Translations under genes and position numbers: made by a program
Shown here: positions 38,970 through 47,702 of the stretch, in pieces
Layout: each line of letters starts with the position of its first letter
Position numbering within the stretch: position 1 is the first letter of the stretch
NCBI GenBank assembly: GCA_963707025.1
Contig: CAVPOM010000018.1
Location: 480,001 to 544,000 of the forward strand
From: an uncultured Verrucomicrobiae bacterium
Lineage (GTDB): Bacteria > Verrucomicrobiota > Verrucomicrobiia > Limisphaerales > Palsa-1400
Direction of reading: 5' to 3'
Length of the DNA stretch: 64,000 nt
Notes under the pieces: generated by a model
Seen by the model: the letters and a program-made list of their open reading frames with translations, nothing else
Databases searched by the model: none
What the model was told of the DNA's origin: nothing

Positions 38970-40538
38970 ATGAATTCGCCCCGCCTGCAACGCTACGTTC
39001 CCCTCCTCGCTTGGATCATCGTGCCCGCCACGTTGTTCCTTGTCGTTTTCCAGATCGCCTCCTCCGGCTTCGTCCCCGGGGGAGACGCCCGCCGCCATGT
39101 GGCCAAAGTGATGACGGACAAGGAATACAACCAGATCGTCGTCCTGCGCCCGGAATACAAAATTGATCACAGCCCCGGCTGGAATTGGCTGTTGCGCCAG
39201 CTCCATCGCGCCGCCGGCTGGAACGAGGATGAGTTGATGAGCTTTTCGGTGCTGGCGATGATGCTGTGCATTTATCTGGCCGGCTTGCCGTGGCTGCGCC
39301 GACCCGAGGCCTGGATGGCCGCGCTCCTGGCCCAATTGGTGGCGCTGCCCAACTGGATGGTCCGGCTGGACCAGGGCCGGCCCTTTCTCCTGAGCGAAGG
39401 GGTGCTGATCTGCCTCCTGTTCGCCTGGGGGCGGGAGCGGTCGCCCAAGCCCTCCTGGCAAAAATTAGTTTTGACAACCGCCGGCTTCACCCTTTCCGTC
39501 TGGGCGCATGGGGCCTGGTATTTGTGGGTGTTCGTTCTGGCCGGCTTTTTCATGGCGGGCGCCTGGCGCGAGACCCTCTGGCTGGCGGCCTGCTGGGCGG
39601 GCGGCGTCATCGCCGGGGCGCTGCTTTCGGGCAAACCCGCGGCCTTTTTGTATGGAGCCGTCTATATGGCCGCCGCGGTTTTCAAGGAACACGCCCCCAA
39701 GTGCATGCTGGTGGGGGAGTTCCAGCCCAGCGACGGCGAATTCTACACCCTGGCCATTCTGGCCCTGGTCTATATCTGGCGCCACCGGCAAGGCCAGAAG
39801 CGAATCTCCCAAAGTAATAACTCCTCTGGCACCCTCGAACCGCCGCGCGCCTCTTCTCCCTCTCCTCCGCAAACTTGTGGAGGAGAGGGCCGGGGTGAGG
39901 AGGATTCCAGTCGGTCCATGGAAAGAGGGAGCCTGCTGCGCCAGCCGGTCTTCTGGATGATCGCCATTTTTTGGACCCTCGGCTTCCAGGCCGACCGTTT
40001 CTGGGCCGACTGGGGAATGCCGGCGGCGACGGTCTGGCTGGCGCTGCAATTCGACGGCTGGATGGTGGAAAAATGGCCCGCCGCGGCGGGCCGGCGTCTG
40101 CTCGTCTGCGGGCTGATCGCCCTGCCGTTCTTCCTGGATTCGACCAGCGATCTGCGCATGCGTTACACCCAAAACCAGCAGGAATCGGTCCTGGATGCCA
40201 GCGACCCGGCCCTGGCCGGCTGGCTGCCGGAGGGGGACGGCATTTTTTACAACCCCGACATGGCCTTTTTTTACAATACATTTTACAAGAATCCGCAGGC
40301 CAACTGGCGCTACATCCTGGGCTTCGAGCCGGCGCTCATGCCGGAGGAGGATTTGAAAATCCTCCGCAACATGCAATGGAACCACTTCGACCTGGCCTCC
40401 TATGAACCGTGGATCAAGAAAATGCGCCCGCAGGACCGCCTGGAGGTGCCGGGTTCCGCGCCGCCCCCGATGCCGGAATTGGAATGGTATGCCGGCGCGA
40501 AGAACCTCTGGATTGGCCGCAAGCCGCCGGCAAAGTGA
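38970..40538 (+). CDS. Multi-pass membrane protein (possibly GT-C-like)
   Basis: Many TM segments, GDARRH early loop; carries an in-frame palindromic insertion. Confidence 0.7.
   Translation: MNSPRLQRYVPLLAWIIVPATLFLVVFQIASSGFVPGGDARRHVAKVMTDKEYNQIVVLRPEYKIDHSPGWNWLLRQLHRAAGWNEDELMSFSVLAMMLCIYLAGLPWLRRPEAWMAALLAQLVALPNWMVRLDQGRPFLLSEGVLICLLFAWGRERSPKPSWQKLVLTTAGFTLSVWAHGAWYLWVFVLAGFFMAGAWRETLWLAACWAGGVIAGALLSGKPAAFLYGAVYMAAAVFKEHAPKCMLVGEFQPSDGEFYTLAILALVYIWRHRQGQKRISQSNNSSGTLEPPRASSPSPPQTCGGEGRGEEDSSRSMERGSLLRQPVFWMIAIFWTLGFQADRFWADWGMPAATVWLALQFDGWMVEKWPAAAGRRLLVCGLIALPFFLDSTSDLRMRYTQNQQESVLDASDPALAGWLPEGDGIFYNPDMAFFYNTFYKNPQANWRYILGFEPALMPEEDLKILRNMQWNHFDLASYEPWIKKMRPQDRLEVPGSAPPPMPELEWYAGAKNLWIGRKPPAK
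39858..39903. repeat. CCCTCTCC/GGAGAGGG palindromic element inside a CDS
   Basis: CCCTCTCCTCCGC-AAACTT-GTGGAGGAGAGGG followed by CCGGGGTGAGGAGG. Confidence 0.7.
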
Positions 40539-40568
40539 GGTCTTTACCGTGACGCATCCGTCTTGGGT

Positions 40569-40623
40569 GGTAGGGCGCGCACTCCGTGCGCGCCGCGGCG
40601 GGCAGCGGAGTGCCCGCCCTACC
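40569..40623. repeat. GTAG-type REP inverted doublet
   Basis: GGTAGGGCGCGCACTCCG ... CGGAGTGCCCGCCCTACC between convergent genes. Confidence 0.8.
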
Positions 40624-40657
40624 CTTGCAGGCACATCCAATACTGACAGGTTCCACC

Positions 40658-42400
40658 CTACCGGGCCGTGTCATCCCAAACCCAATCGTCCTCCGAGTGG
40701 GGCTTGCCGCCGTCGTCTTTTTCATTCCAGCCGATTGAGTAAAGAAGAAATTGGCCGTCCTCGGTGCGGTGATAATGCAGCGGCTGGCCGCCGATGAGGT
40801 CAGCGGGGATTTTGTCGAGGAACTGCGGGACCAGCGCGTCGAGGGTGTCGGGATAAGAATTGCGCGCCAGGCGGTAACGTTCCAGGGCGCAGGCGATCAG
40901 CGCTTCATGGACCTCCGTTTGAACCTTGGCGTTGCTGCGAAAGGTCCCGTTGAATCGGCGCATGGAGCTGATCGCCATGAAATTATACGGCGATGCATGA
41001 GAACCGGTCATCATGCCGGCGGCATCCACTTTTTTCGGAAACACCTTTTGGCCGGAGGAGTCCGTGCTTTCGCTGAAGGCCTCGTAGCCGTTGGCGAGTT
41101 GGACCATGTTCTGACGGACCCAGCCGCGAGGGATCAAATGGCCGACGACGGATGATTTCAAATGTGTCCAGGCATTGGTTTCCTCAATAAAGTGCCTGAG
41201 GACTGAATCCCCCAGCTCGGACGGCGTTATATTGTCATAATAATGAGAGATGCGGGCCTGCCCATTCAGGAAGGCTAGCCTCAAGTCTGACACGAAGTTG
41301 ATTTTCTTGAGTTGTTCCTGCAAAGCCGCCAGTTGCGGCTCCCGCCAGGCATGCCACCGCAGACCGTCGGCTATGACGCTCGTGTTAATTGCCGTCACCG
41401 TCTCATGTATCAACGTCACCAGCAAACCCCATTGGTTGCGTGGCAGGCTTTCCAGAAGACGGCACAGATCCTGGCTGAGAGTCAGATCGCGCAACGCTTC
41501 CTCCGGCTGGCCCAGCAACAAATGACATTGGGCCAGCCCTCCCAGCACGCGCGCGAGATGTGACATGTGAAGGAAGGCCGGGTCGAAATCGGCCTTGGGA
41601 TTTTGATAATCGCCCACCATCCGGGCGTAAGGACGCTGCAAGGCCTGGCGCATCGCCGCGAACTGCGGTTCCAGGACGGCAATCCGGGCAAGGAGTTCGG
41701 CGGCTGAACCCGGCACTTCCATCGTCACTGTGTAGGAACCGTTGCCGGCGGGTTCAATCCTCGCATTTTCCTCCTCGTACAAGTTAACGGCTCCATCGGA
41801 ATGGAAGCCGTTGGTCAGGAATTGCTCCAATTCCTGTGCCGACGGGGTTATTGGGCACTGCAACAGGATTTTGGCAGGTTGAATCTCCTCTGGCCGCCGC
41901 AATAAATGGGGAAATGTCCAGGGATCGTTGAAATATGTCCCGACCGCATCTTCGATCAGCTTCGCCACTTCGGCTTTGGCTTTCGGATCTCCATAGGAGA
42001 GCACCGTGAAACCGGCCGGGGAATCGGAGCCCGGCTGGCTAAAGGCCACTTCAGCCACGACGATGCGGGTGGACGGGTGGTTTGTATCCCCGGCCTCAGA
42101 TAGGTCCGCTATGTCCTCTAATCTCGCGCTCAAAACCGTGGGGCCTTTTCCCAAGAACCACTGCTGCATTTCCGGCACGGCCAGGACATTTTGATCATCC
42201 GGCACCGGCGCGGGAATGTCTTCCGCCCAATCCATCTTGATGCCTTTGGCCGCCAAGGCGCGCTTGCAATTCTCCCACGCCCGTTTGCCGCGCCAGCTTT
42301 CCTCGGTGTAAAAAGTCGCGACCAATGTCAAGAATACGGCGACGCCAATCAGGCAGCGCCGCAGAATGCGCCAACGTTTCGTTTGAGAAGAGGTCATCAT
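40658..42400 (-). CDS. Membrane-anchored hypothetical protein with a GspG-C-terminal-like tail
   Basis: N-terminal TM; ACALERYRLARNSYPDTLDALVP..LLYSIGWNEKDDGG. Confidence 0.7.
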   Translation of the reverse strand: MMTSSQTKRWRILRRCLIGVAVFLTLVATFYTEESWRGKRAWENCKRALAAKGIKMDWAEDIPAPVPDDQNVLAVPEMQQWFLGKGPTVLSARLEDIADLSEAGDTNHPSTRIVVAEVAFSQPGSDSPAGFTVLSYGDPKAKAEVAKLIEDAVGTYFNDPWTFPHLLRRPEEIQPAKILLQCPITPSAQELEQFLTNGFHSDGAVNLYEEENARIEPAGNGSYTVTMEVPGSAAELLARIAVLEPQFAAMRQALQRPYARMVGDYQNPKADFDPAFLHMSHLARVLGGLAQCHLLLGQPEEALRDLTLSQDLCRLLESLPRNQWGLLVTLIHETVTAINTSVIADGLRWHAWREPQLAALQEQLKKINFVSDLRLAFLNGQARISHYYDNITPSELGDSVLRHFIEETNAWTHLKSSVVGHLIPRGWVRQNMVQLANGYEAFSESTDSSGQKVFPKKVDAAGMMTGSHASPYNFMAISSMRRFNGTFRSNAKVQTEVHEALIACALERYRLARNSYPDTLDALVPQFLDKIPADLIGGQPLHYHRTEDGQFLLYSIGWNEKDDGGKPHSEDDWVWDDTAR

Positions 42401-42412
42401 AATGCTTCAATA

Positions 42413-42495
42413 TGGAGTGCGGGAGCTTGCTCCCGCTTTCAGATCGCGCACGATTTGCGGGAAGCAAAGCCGTGCCGACCCGTCGGCACACTCCA
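42413..42495. repeat. TGGAGTG...CACTCCA palindromic element
   Basis: Terminal inverted repeats plus internal hairpins GCGGGAGCTTGCTCCCGC and GTGCCGAC-CC-GTCGGCAC. Confidence 0.75.
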
Positions 42496-42528
42496 GAAAG
42501 TCATCGCTTTCATTTAGAGCGGATACGC

Positions 42529-43113
42529 TCATACAATTTGCCAGTCCTGTTTCCGTTCGCTGCGCGGACGGGGAGTGTTGGGCGGCGCGGCGGGAGCTTT
42601 GACCGGAGCAAAAACGGCGCCCGGCTGCGTCAGTTCCGCCAGGATGCGGGTTTGTTCCTCCCACGACTGCATTATCTCCGAAGCGGCAGAAGAACGGCCG
42701 CCGGCCAACTGCACCGCATGGTCCGACAACCGCGCGTTGACCGCCAGCAGCACCAGCCAGAGCGCGGCCAGGCCAACCCAGGCGCGGCGGCACGGCCAGA
42801 TCAGTTCGCGCCAGACGTTGCGCCGGATATTTTTCAGCAGAGGTTCGCGCCGGCCCGTGATGACACCGGACGCCTGCACGGCCCCGGCCCAGCGATGCCG
42901 CATGGCTTGAGTCGCCTCGATTTGCGCGAAATTTTTCTCCCAGCCGGCCAGCGGCGCGGCGAGAGCCTTGATCTCGCTGTAATAATTCCGGCAGCCGGAA
43001 CAGCCGGCGAGGTGCTGTTCCAATTCAGGCCGCTCTTGTTCGGGCAAGGCCCCGGCCGCAAGCAGGCAAATCTCCCGGCGGCGGCGGCGGCATGGATTGC
43101 AAAACCATTTCAT
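42529..43113 (-). CDS. zf-HC2 anti-sigma factor
   Basis: EQHLAGCSGC (HxxxCxxC), one TM; ATGA overlap with the sigma factor. Confidence 0.85.
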   Translation of the reverse strand: MKWFCNPCRRRRREICLLAAGALPEQERPELEQHLAGCSGCRNYYSEIKALAAPLAGWEKNFAQIEATQAMRHRWAGAVQASGVITGRREPLLKNIRRNVWRELIWPCRRAWVGLAALWLVLLAVNARLSDHAVQLAGGRSSAASEIMQSWEEQTRILAELTQPGAVFAPVKAPAAPPNTPRPRSERKQDWQIV

Positions 43114-43733
43114 ATCTGTTGATCCCCTTTCATGTCAGGCAGGTTCATTTTCATTTGGTGCAGTTTTTCCAAGGCATGATGCAGGCGGGATTTGACCGTT
43201 CCCACCGGGCAGCCCAGCACCTGCGCCATGTCCGGCAGGGAGGCGTCCTCGAAGAAACGAAGGAGGATGACGCGGCGATGCTTCTCCGGCAGCCGGTCAA
43301 CGCACTGGCGCAGCCCGGCGGAAAATTCATTTTGCACCGCGTTTTCCGACGGGGAAGGCTCCGGGGAAGGCAGATTCTCGTGCCGCGCAGCCAGCTTCTG
43401 CCGCTCCAAGGCCGGCAGCCAGGCCAGCGCCAGCGGCCGGGCATGGGCGCGCCGCGCCCATTTTTGCCGGCGATGCAGCAGAATGGCGTAGAGCCAGGTG
43501 GAAGACCGGCAGCTCTCATCATAGCGGGACAGGCTTTTCCAGGCTTCCACCAGGGTTTCGCAGACCAGGTCCTCCGCCACGCTGACATCGCCCGCCATGG
43601 CGGCGGCCTGGCGCAGCAGGCGGGCTTGCAGAGGCCCGGTCAAACGACAAAACGCCTCCCCATCCCCGGCGCGCGCGCGCTGGAGAATTTCGCCGGATGC
43701 GGCTGCCTCTGTCCCTTCGTCGGTGATGACCAT
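43110..43733 (-). CDS. ECF RNA polymerase sigma factor
   Basis: GDGEAF, AEDLVCE, STWLYAI, GTVKSRLHHA. Confidence 0.93.
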   Translation of the reverse strand: MVITDEGTEAAASGEILQRARAGDGEAFCRLTGPLQARLLRQAAAMAGDVSVAEDLVCETLVEAWKSLSRYDESCRSSTWLYAILLHRRQKWARRAHARPLALAWLPALERQKLAARHENLPSPEPSPSENAVQNEFSAGLRQCVDRLPEKHRRVILLRFFEDASLPDMAQVLGCPVGTVKSRLHHALEKLHQMKMNLPDMKGDQQI

Positions 43734-44011
43734 CCATGTATCAATCCCCTGGGCGCGGGGAAAGGTTCAAGATTTTCTTATTTCGCGCCGCGCGGGAAAG
43801 AGGGTTCCAACGAGGGTCGAAAATAAGTCGAAAATAAGGCTTGCTTTGTTGGGCGGATGGGCGCATGTTGCGCGGCACTCTGAATTGCTTGCCACTTCTT
43901 CAAGTTGGGGTGGAGCGTCGTTTGAACCCGGTTTGCCTGGTAAAAATGATGATTTGCAACCTGAAAACCGTGAACAGTCCGCAAGCAGCAAATAATCTTG
44001 TAGCAACAACT

Positions 44012-44248
44012 ATGTCATTGACGAACACGGCGGGCGCCGAACAGGCCATTGAACTGGAAGGAACGATTCAAACCGTTCTGCCCGGCACCATGTTCCGCGT
44101 CTTGTTGGACAACCAGCACCAGGTGCTGGCCCATATCTCCGGCAAGATGCGGCGCCATTTCGTGCGCCTGACCGTCGGCGACCGCGTGCGCATGGAGATG
44201 TCGCCTTATGACTTGTCCAAAGCGCGCATTACCTACAGGCTCCGTTAA
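44012..44248 (+). CDS. infA: Translation initiation factor IF-1
   Basis: [34 protein letters not shown]. Confidence 0.95.
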   Translation: MSLTNTAGAEQAIELEGTIQTVLPGTMFRVLLDNQHQVLAHISGKMRRHFVRLTVGDRVRMEMSPYDLSKARITYRLR

Positions 44249-44274
44249 ATCGCAACCCACAACCCCGAAACGTT

Positions 44275-44883
44275 TTGTTCTATTTATTCTTGCACTGGTC
44301 GGCCATCGGTTTTATCGGCGGCATTGTTGCTTCTTCATTTTTTGAGTGGACGCTCCATCGCTACGTCATGCACCGCCCGGTGGGCAAATTCACCTACCCC
44401 TACCGCAGCCACACCCTGACGCATCATCGCATTTTCAAATCCGACCACACCTATCATCTCATTGATGAAAAGGACAAATACACCATTCCCATGGCCTGGT
44501 GGAACGGCCCAACCCTGATCGCCGCGGCCCTGCTGCCTTTTCTCCTGGCCTCCCTCCTCACCGGCCAGTGGGGGATTCTCTGCGGTGGGGCGCTGGCCAT
44601 CAGCACCTATTACGGGGCCTACGAATACATGCATTGGTGCATGCATCTGCCCCGCAAGCGCGACCTGGAGCGTTCCGGGATTTTCTTCCGCCTCAACGGC
44701 CATCATTTGCTGCATCACCGCTACATGGGCAAAAATTTCAATGTCGTTCTTCCGCTGGCCGATTTGTTCCTGGGCACTTTGCTGCTCCGTTCCAAGGTGC
44801 ATTTCAAGCAGGCGGTGGGTCCGTCGGTCCCCAACGTCCAGCCCAAGTTCCCCAAAGTCGGCCTCGCCGCCCCCAAGCCTTAA
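44275..44883 (+). CDS. Fatty acid hydroxylase/sterol desaturase family protein
   Basis: His boxes HRYVMH, HTLTHH, HWCMH, HLLHH. Confidence 0.8.
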   Translation: MFYLFLHWSAIGFIGGIVASSFFEWTLHRYVMHRPVGKFTYPYRSHTLTHHRIFKSDHTYHLIDEKDKYTIPMAWWNGPTLIAAALLPFLLASLLTGQWGILCGGALAISTYYGAYEYMHWCMHLPRKRDLERSGIFFRLNGHHLLHHRYMGKNFNVVLPLADLFLGTLLLRSKVHFKQAVGPSVPNVQPKFPKVGLAAPKP

Positions 44884-45635
44884 GGCAAAAGTTTTGTCCG
44901 CCATTTCTCCACGGCGTCGGCGCGGGTGCCCGCGTCGCTCCACGGGTCTATGCCAAACGCGTCGCCCAGTTGCAGCCGCAGCGCGTTGGCGGCCTGGATG
45001 CGCACGGCCAGCCGCGCATCGTTCAAACCGTCCAGCAATGCCGCGGGCTGACGCGAGGCCACTGTGCGCAATCGTTCCGCCGCCGATCGAACCAGCGGCT
45101 CATCGCGCCCGGCGCAAAGGTCAAAAAGTTGCGCCGCGCCTTGCCGCAGCGCGCCGGCGTTGGTGGAAGCGAGAAGCTCATCCGCCTCCGCCAGCTTTTT
45201 CTGGAAAACCTCGCGGCGCAGCAGGGACTCCCTTGCTCCGGCGACGCCATTGCTGAGCCATTGCAGAAATTCTCCAGCCTCCTGGAAACCGGTGGCCCGC
45301 CGCACTTCCTCGCCGGCGGCCGAAAACATGACAAACGCCGGCACGGCCTCGATGCCGTGCTGGGCCGCCATCTCCGGCTGCTCATCAATATCAATGGCGG
45401 CGCGCGCCATGTTGGAAAGCGTCATCTGGACCGCCGGATCGGACAGCGTTTCGCGGGACATCATTTTGCACGGACCGCACCAACTGGCGGTGAAAAAAAA
45501 CAGCGCCGGTTTTTGTTCTGCTCCCGCCTCGGCCAGCGCCGCGGTGTAATTGGTGCTCCAGCCGCCCGGTATTTCCGCCCGGGCCGCCAGGGCGGCGCCC
45601 AGGAGCAAACACAGGATGGCTGAATTTTTCTTCAT
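44880..45635 (-). CDS. Exported thioredoxin family protein with a helical C-terminus
   Basis: Signal peptide, WCGPC; TAATG overlap with the upstream gene. Confidence 0.88.
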   Translation of the reverse strand: MKKNSAILCLLLGAALAARAEIPGGWSTNYTAALAEAGAEQKPALFFFTASWCGPCKMMSRETLSDPAVQMTLSNMARAAIDIDEQPEMAAQHGIEAVPAFVMFSAAGEEVRRATGFQEAGEFLQWLSNGVAGARESLLRREVFQKKLAEADELLASTNAGALRQGAAQLFDLCAGRDEPLVRSAAERLRTVASRQPAALLDGLNDARLAVRIQAANALRLQLGDAFGIDPWSDAGTRADAVEKWRTKLLP

Positions 45636-47008
45636 TACAGCGCGGCGGGCGAGGCCGGCTCCTTTCCATGCTTGACAACGGGCCACATTTGGTCCCAGGC
45701 GAAGGGCCGGCTGAACTCCCCGTAATGGCAGCGGATGCAGTCGCCGGCGCCCAGGGGCCGGAAGGTAAAATTGACCGCGGGGTCGCCCGCGCGCTGGCGC
45801 ACATGCAGGCTGCCGGGGCCGTGGCAACTTTCGCAACCCACCTCCACCAGCCGGGCCGCCCCAAACTCGCGGCGATACCCCGAAGCCGTCCCGAAGCCAA
45901 TCGTGTGACATCCGATGCACTTGGGATCGGCCTCCGCCTTGCGCCCCGTCAGCGTGGCGAAGGCGCGCGCGTGCGCCGAGCTATTCCACACCGCCGCCGC
46001 GCCCGGATGGCAGGCCAGGCATTGTTCGGTGCCGGCATATCCCGCCACTGTCCGCACGCCCGGAACCGCGTCCGCGTCCAGATTATTCGGATCGTCCACC
46101 GCCAGGCGCGTCTGATGAATTTCGTCGCGATAACTCTGCATCAGTTCGCGCAAGGAAGGGTCCTGCGCGATTTTGTCGTGCAGCAAACGGATTTCATTTC
46201 CGGTCACCGTCAGCGGCGCGCCTTTGGCCAGCCGCAGCCGGAGAATTCCCAGGGCGCGGGATTCGTTGGTCACGAAATAAACCAGGCTCCGGTTTTCCTT
46301 TTGCAGTTGCTGGGCGGGCTGGGAGACTTTGCCGCCGAGAATGACCTGGCACTCGTAAAATTCCCCGGCCAGCCGCGCCAGGGTGGCTTCGTCGGCAAAG
46401 GCCAGCAACACAATCAAATCCGCCTTGCCGCGCAGTTCTCCCAGGCATCGTTCCACCGCCGCCTCCATGCTGCCCACCCGCAATCCCGCGCCGGGATTCT
46501 CGGCCGCGCGGGGGTCCAGGACGCCGATGATCGCCACACGCCAGGCCCCGCGCTGCACCAGGCGATACGATTCAAAAACCGGCTGGCCGCTGCCTTGGTC
46601 GAGCAGGTTGGCGCTGATGATCGGCGCCGGCGAATTTTTTTTGATCTCACGGAGCTGCGCGGCGGTGAACTGCGCCTCCCGCCCGCCGAGGTTGAGCGCG
46701 TCGTAGTGCATGGCCGCGAAGGCCCGCAGCACATAGCGATACTCGATCACATCGTAATCCTCATGTCCGCCGATGGCGTCGCCCACATCCACATGCAGGG
46801 CCGGGCCGGAGGCCTCGGCCTCCAGCACGGTTTTGAGCCGGGTCAATCCGCCGAACTGGCCGGCAAAACAGCCGCACGGCTCCAGCCGGCCGCGCGTGTC
46901 ACAAGTGAAGTAAACCGGCAGGTCCAGCGCCGGCGGCGGCGGCCTTTTGCCGCAACTGCCGGCGAGCAAAAGCAAACCCAGCAGGGCGCCTTCAATACAA
47001 CGCCGCAT
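45635..47008 (-). CDS. Lipoprotein: UshA/5'-nucleotidase-like domain fused to a tetraheme (c554-like) cytochrome
   Basis: Lipobox LAGSC, EPCGC, VDVGD; CLACH, CIGCH, CESCH, CIRCH. Confidence 0.85.
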   Translation of the reverse strand: MRRCIEGALLGLLLLAGSCGKRPPPPALDLPVYFTCDTRGRLEPCGCFAGQFGGLTRLKTVLEAEASGPALHVDVGDAIGGHEDYDVIEYRYVLRAFAAMHYDALNLGGREAQFTAAQLREIKKNSPAPIISANLLDQGSGQPVFESYRLVQRGAWRVAIIGVLDPRAAENPGAGLRVGSMEAAVERCLGELRGKADLIVLLAFADEATLARLAGEFYECQVILGGKVSQPAQQLQKENRSLVYFVTNESRALGILRLRLAKGAPLTVTGNEIRLLHDKIAQDPSLRELMQSYRDEIHQTRLAVDDPNNLDADAVPGVRTVAGYAGTEQCLACHPGAAAVWNSSAHARAFATLTGRKAEADPKCIGCHTIGFGTASGYRREFGAARLVEVGCESCHGPGSLHVRQRAGDPAVNFTFRPLGAGDCIRCHYGEFSRPFAWDQMWPVVKHGKEPASPAAL

Positions 47009-47702
47009 AGGTGAAAACATTGACGTTCACGCGCGCCGGATTTTCGATTTCGTCGCCCCCGCAGCAGCAGCACCCGCTGGCGTGCTGCACGTCGTTCAGC
47101 CCCTCCTTGGAATAAACCAGCACCAGCCGTCCGTTGATCTCCAAGCCTTCCAACGCGGCCGCCTTGCCGTGTTTCTCCACCAGGCGGGGGATTGGATTGA
47201 CGATGGAAAAAATCGGATGCGTCATCGGGATTTTCTGGAGCGGATTTTCCGGGAAACACACTTTGATCTCCTGGCGGAAGGATTTGTCCCATTTCTCGTC
47301 CGAGCATCCCGGACTGACCAGCAGAAATCCTCCTTGCGTGAGGTACTTGCGCAGTTGCCGGCGTTCCTTTTGCGGGAGCGAAAAAGTCTCGTTGCCCGAC
47401 ATGACGCAGAACGGGTAATCGAAGAGCGCCTCCGCGTCCAGGCGCACCGGGCAGAATTTCTTGTTGACTCTCAGGTTGGTCTGCGCCGCCACGTCCGTGA
47501 GAAAATTGTCCGCGAAGCAAACCGAGCTTTGGCTGCCCGCGTAGATCAAATTGCCGCATTGCAGCAGCGTCAGATCGGAATGAACCGGCGTGGCCGTGGC
47601 CACCCGGGCGGGCTGGCTGAAAGAAGAAAGGGCCAGAACGCACAGCGCCAGGCCGGCGCCGCGGACGCGGAAATATTTTCCGGAATCAATTTTGCTTTTC
47701 AT
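46992..47702 (-). CDS. DUF4159-like protein
   Basis: YPFCVMSG..LRKYLTQGGFL..HPIFS..GRLVLVYS; GCCCCGG motif. Confidence 0.75.
   Translation of the reverse strand: MKSKIDSGKYFRVRGAGLALCVLALSSFSQPARVATATPVHSDLTLLQCGNLIYAGSQSSVCFADNFLTDVAAQTNLRVNKKFCPVRLDAEALFDYPFCVMSGNETFSLPQKERRQLRKYLTQGGFLLVSPGCSDEKWDKSFRQEIKVCFPENPLQKIPMTHPIFSIVNPIPRLVEKHGKAAALEGLEINGRLVLVYSKEGLNDVQHASGCCCCGGDEIENPARVNVNVFTYAALY

Noticed and set aside
46865..46885. Selenocysteine in the EPCGC motif
   Set aside because: The codons are TGC and TGT; there is no in-frame TGA here.
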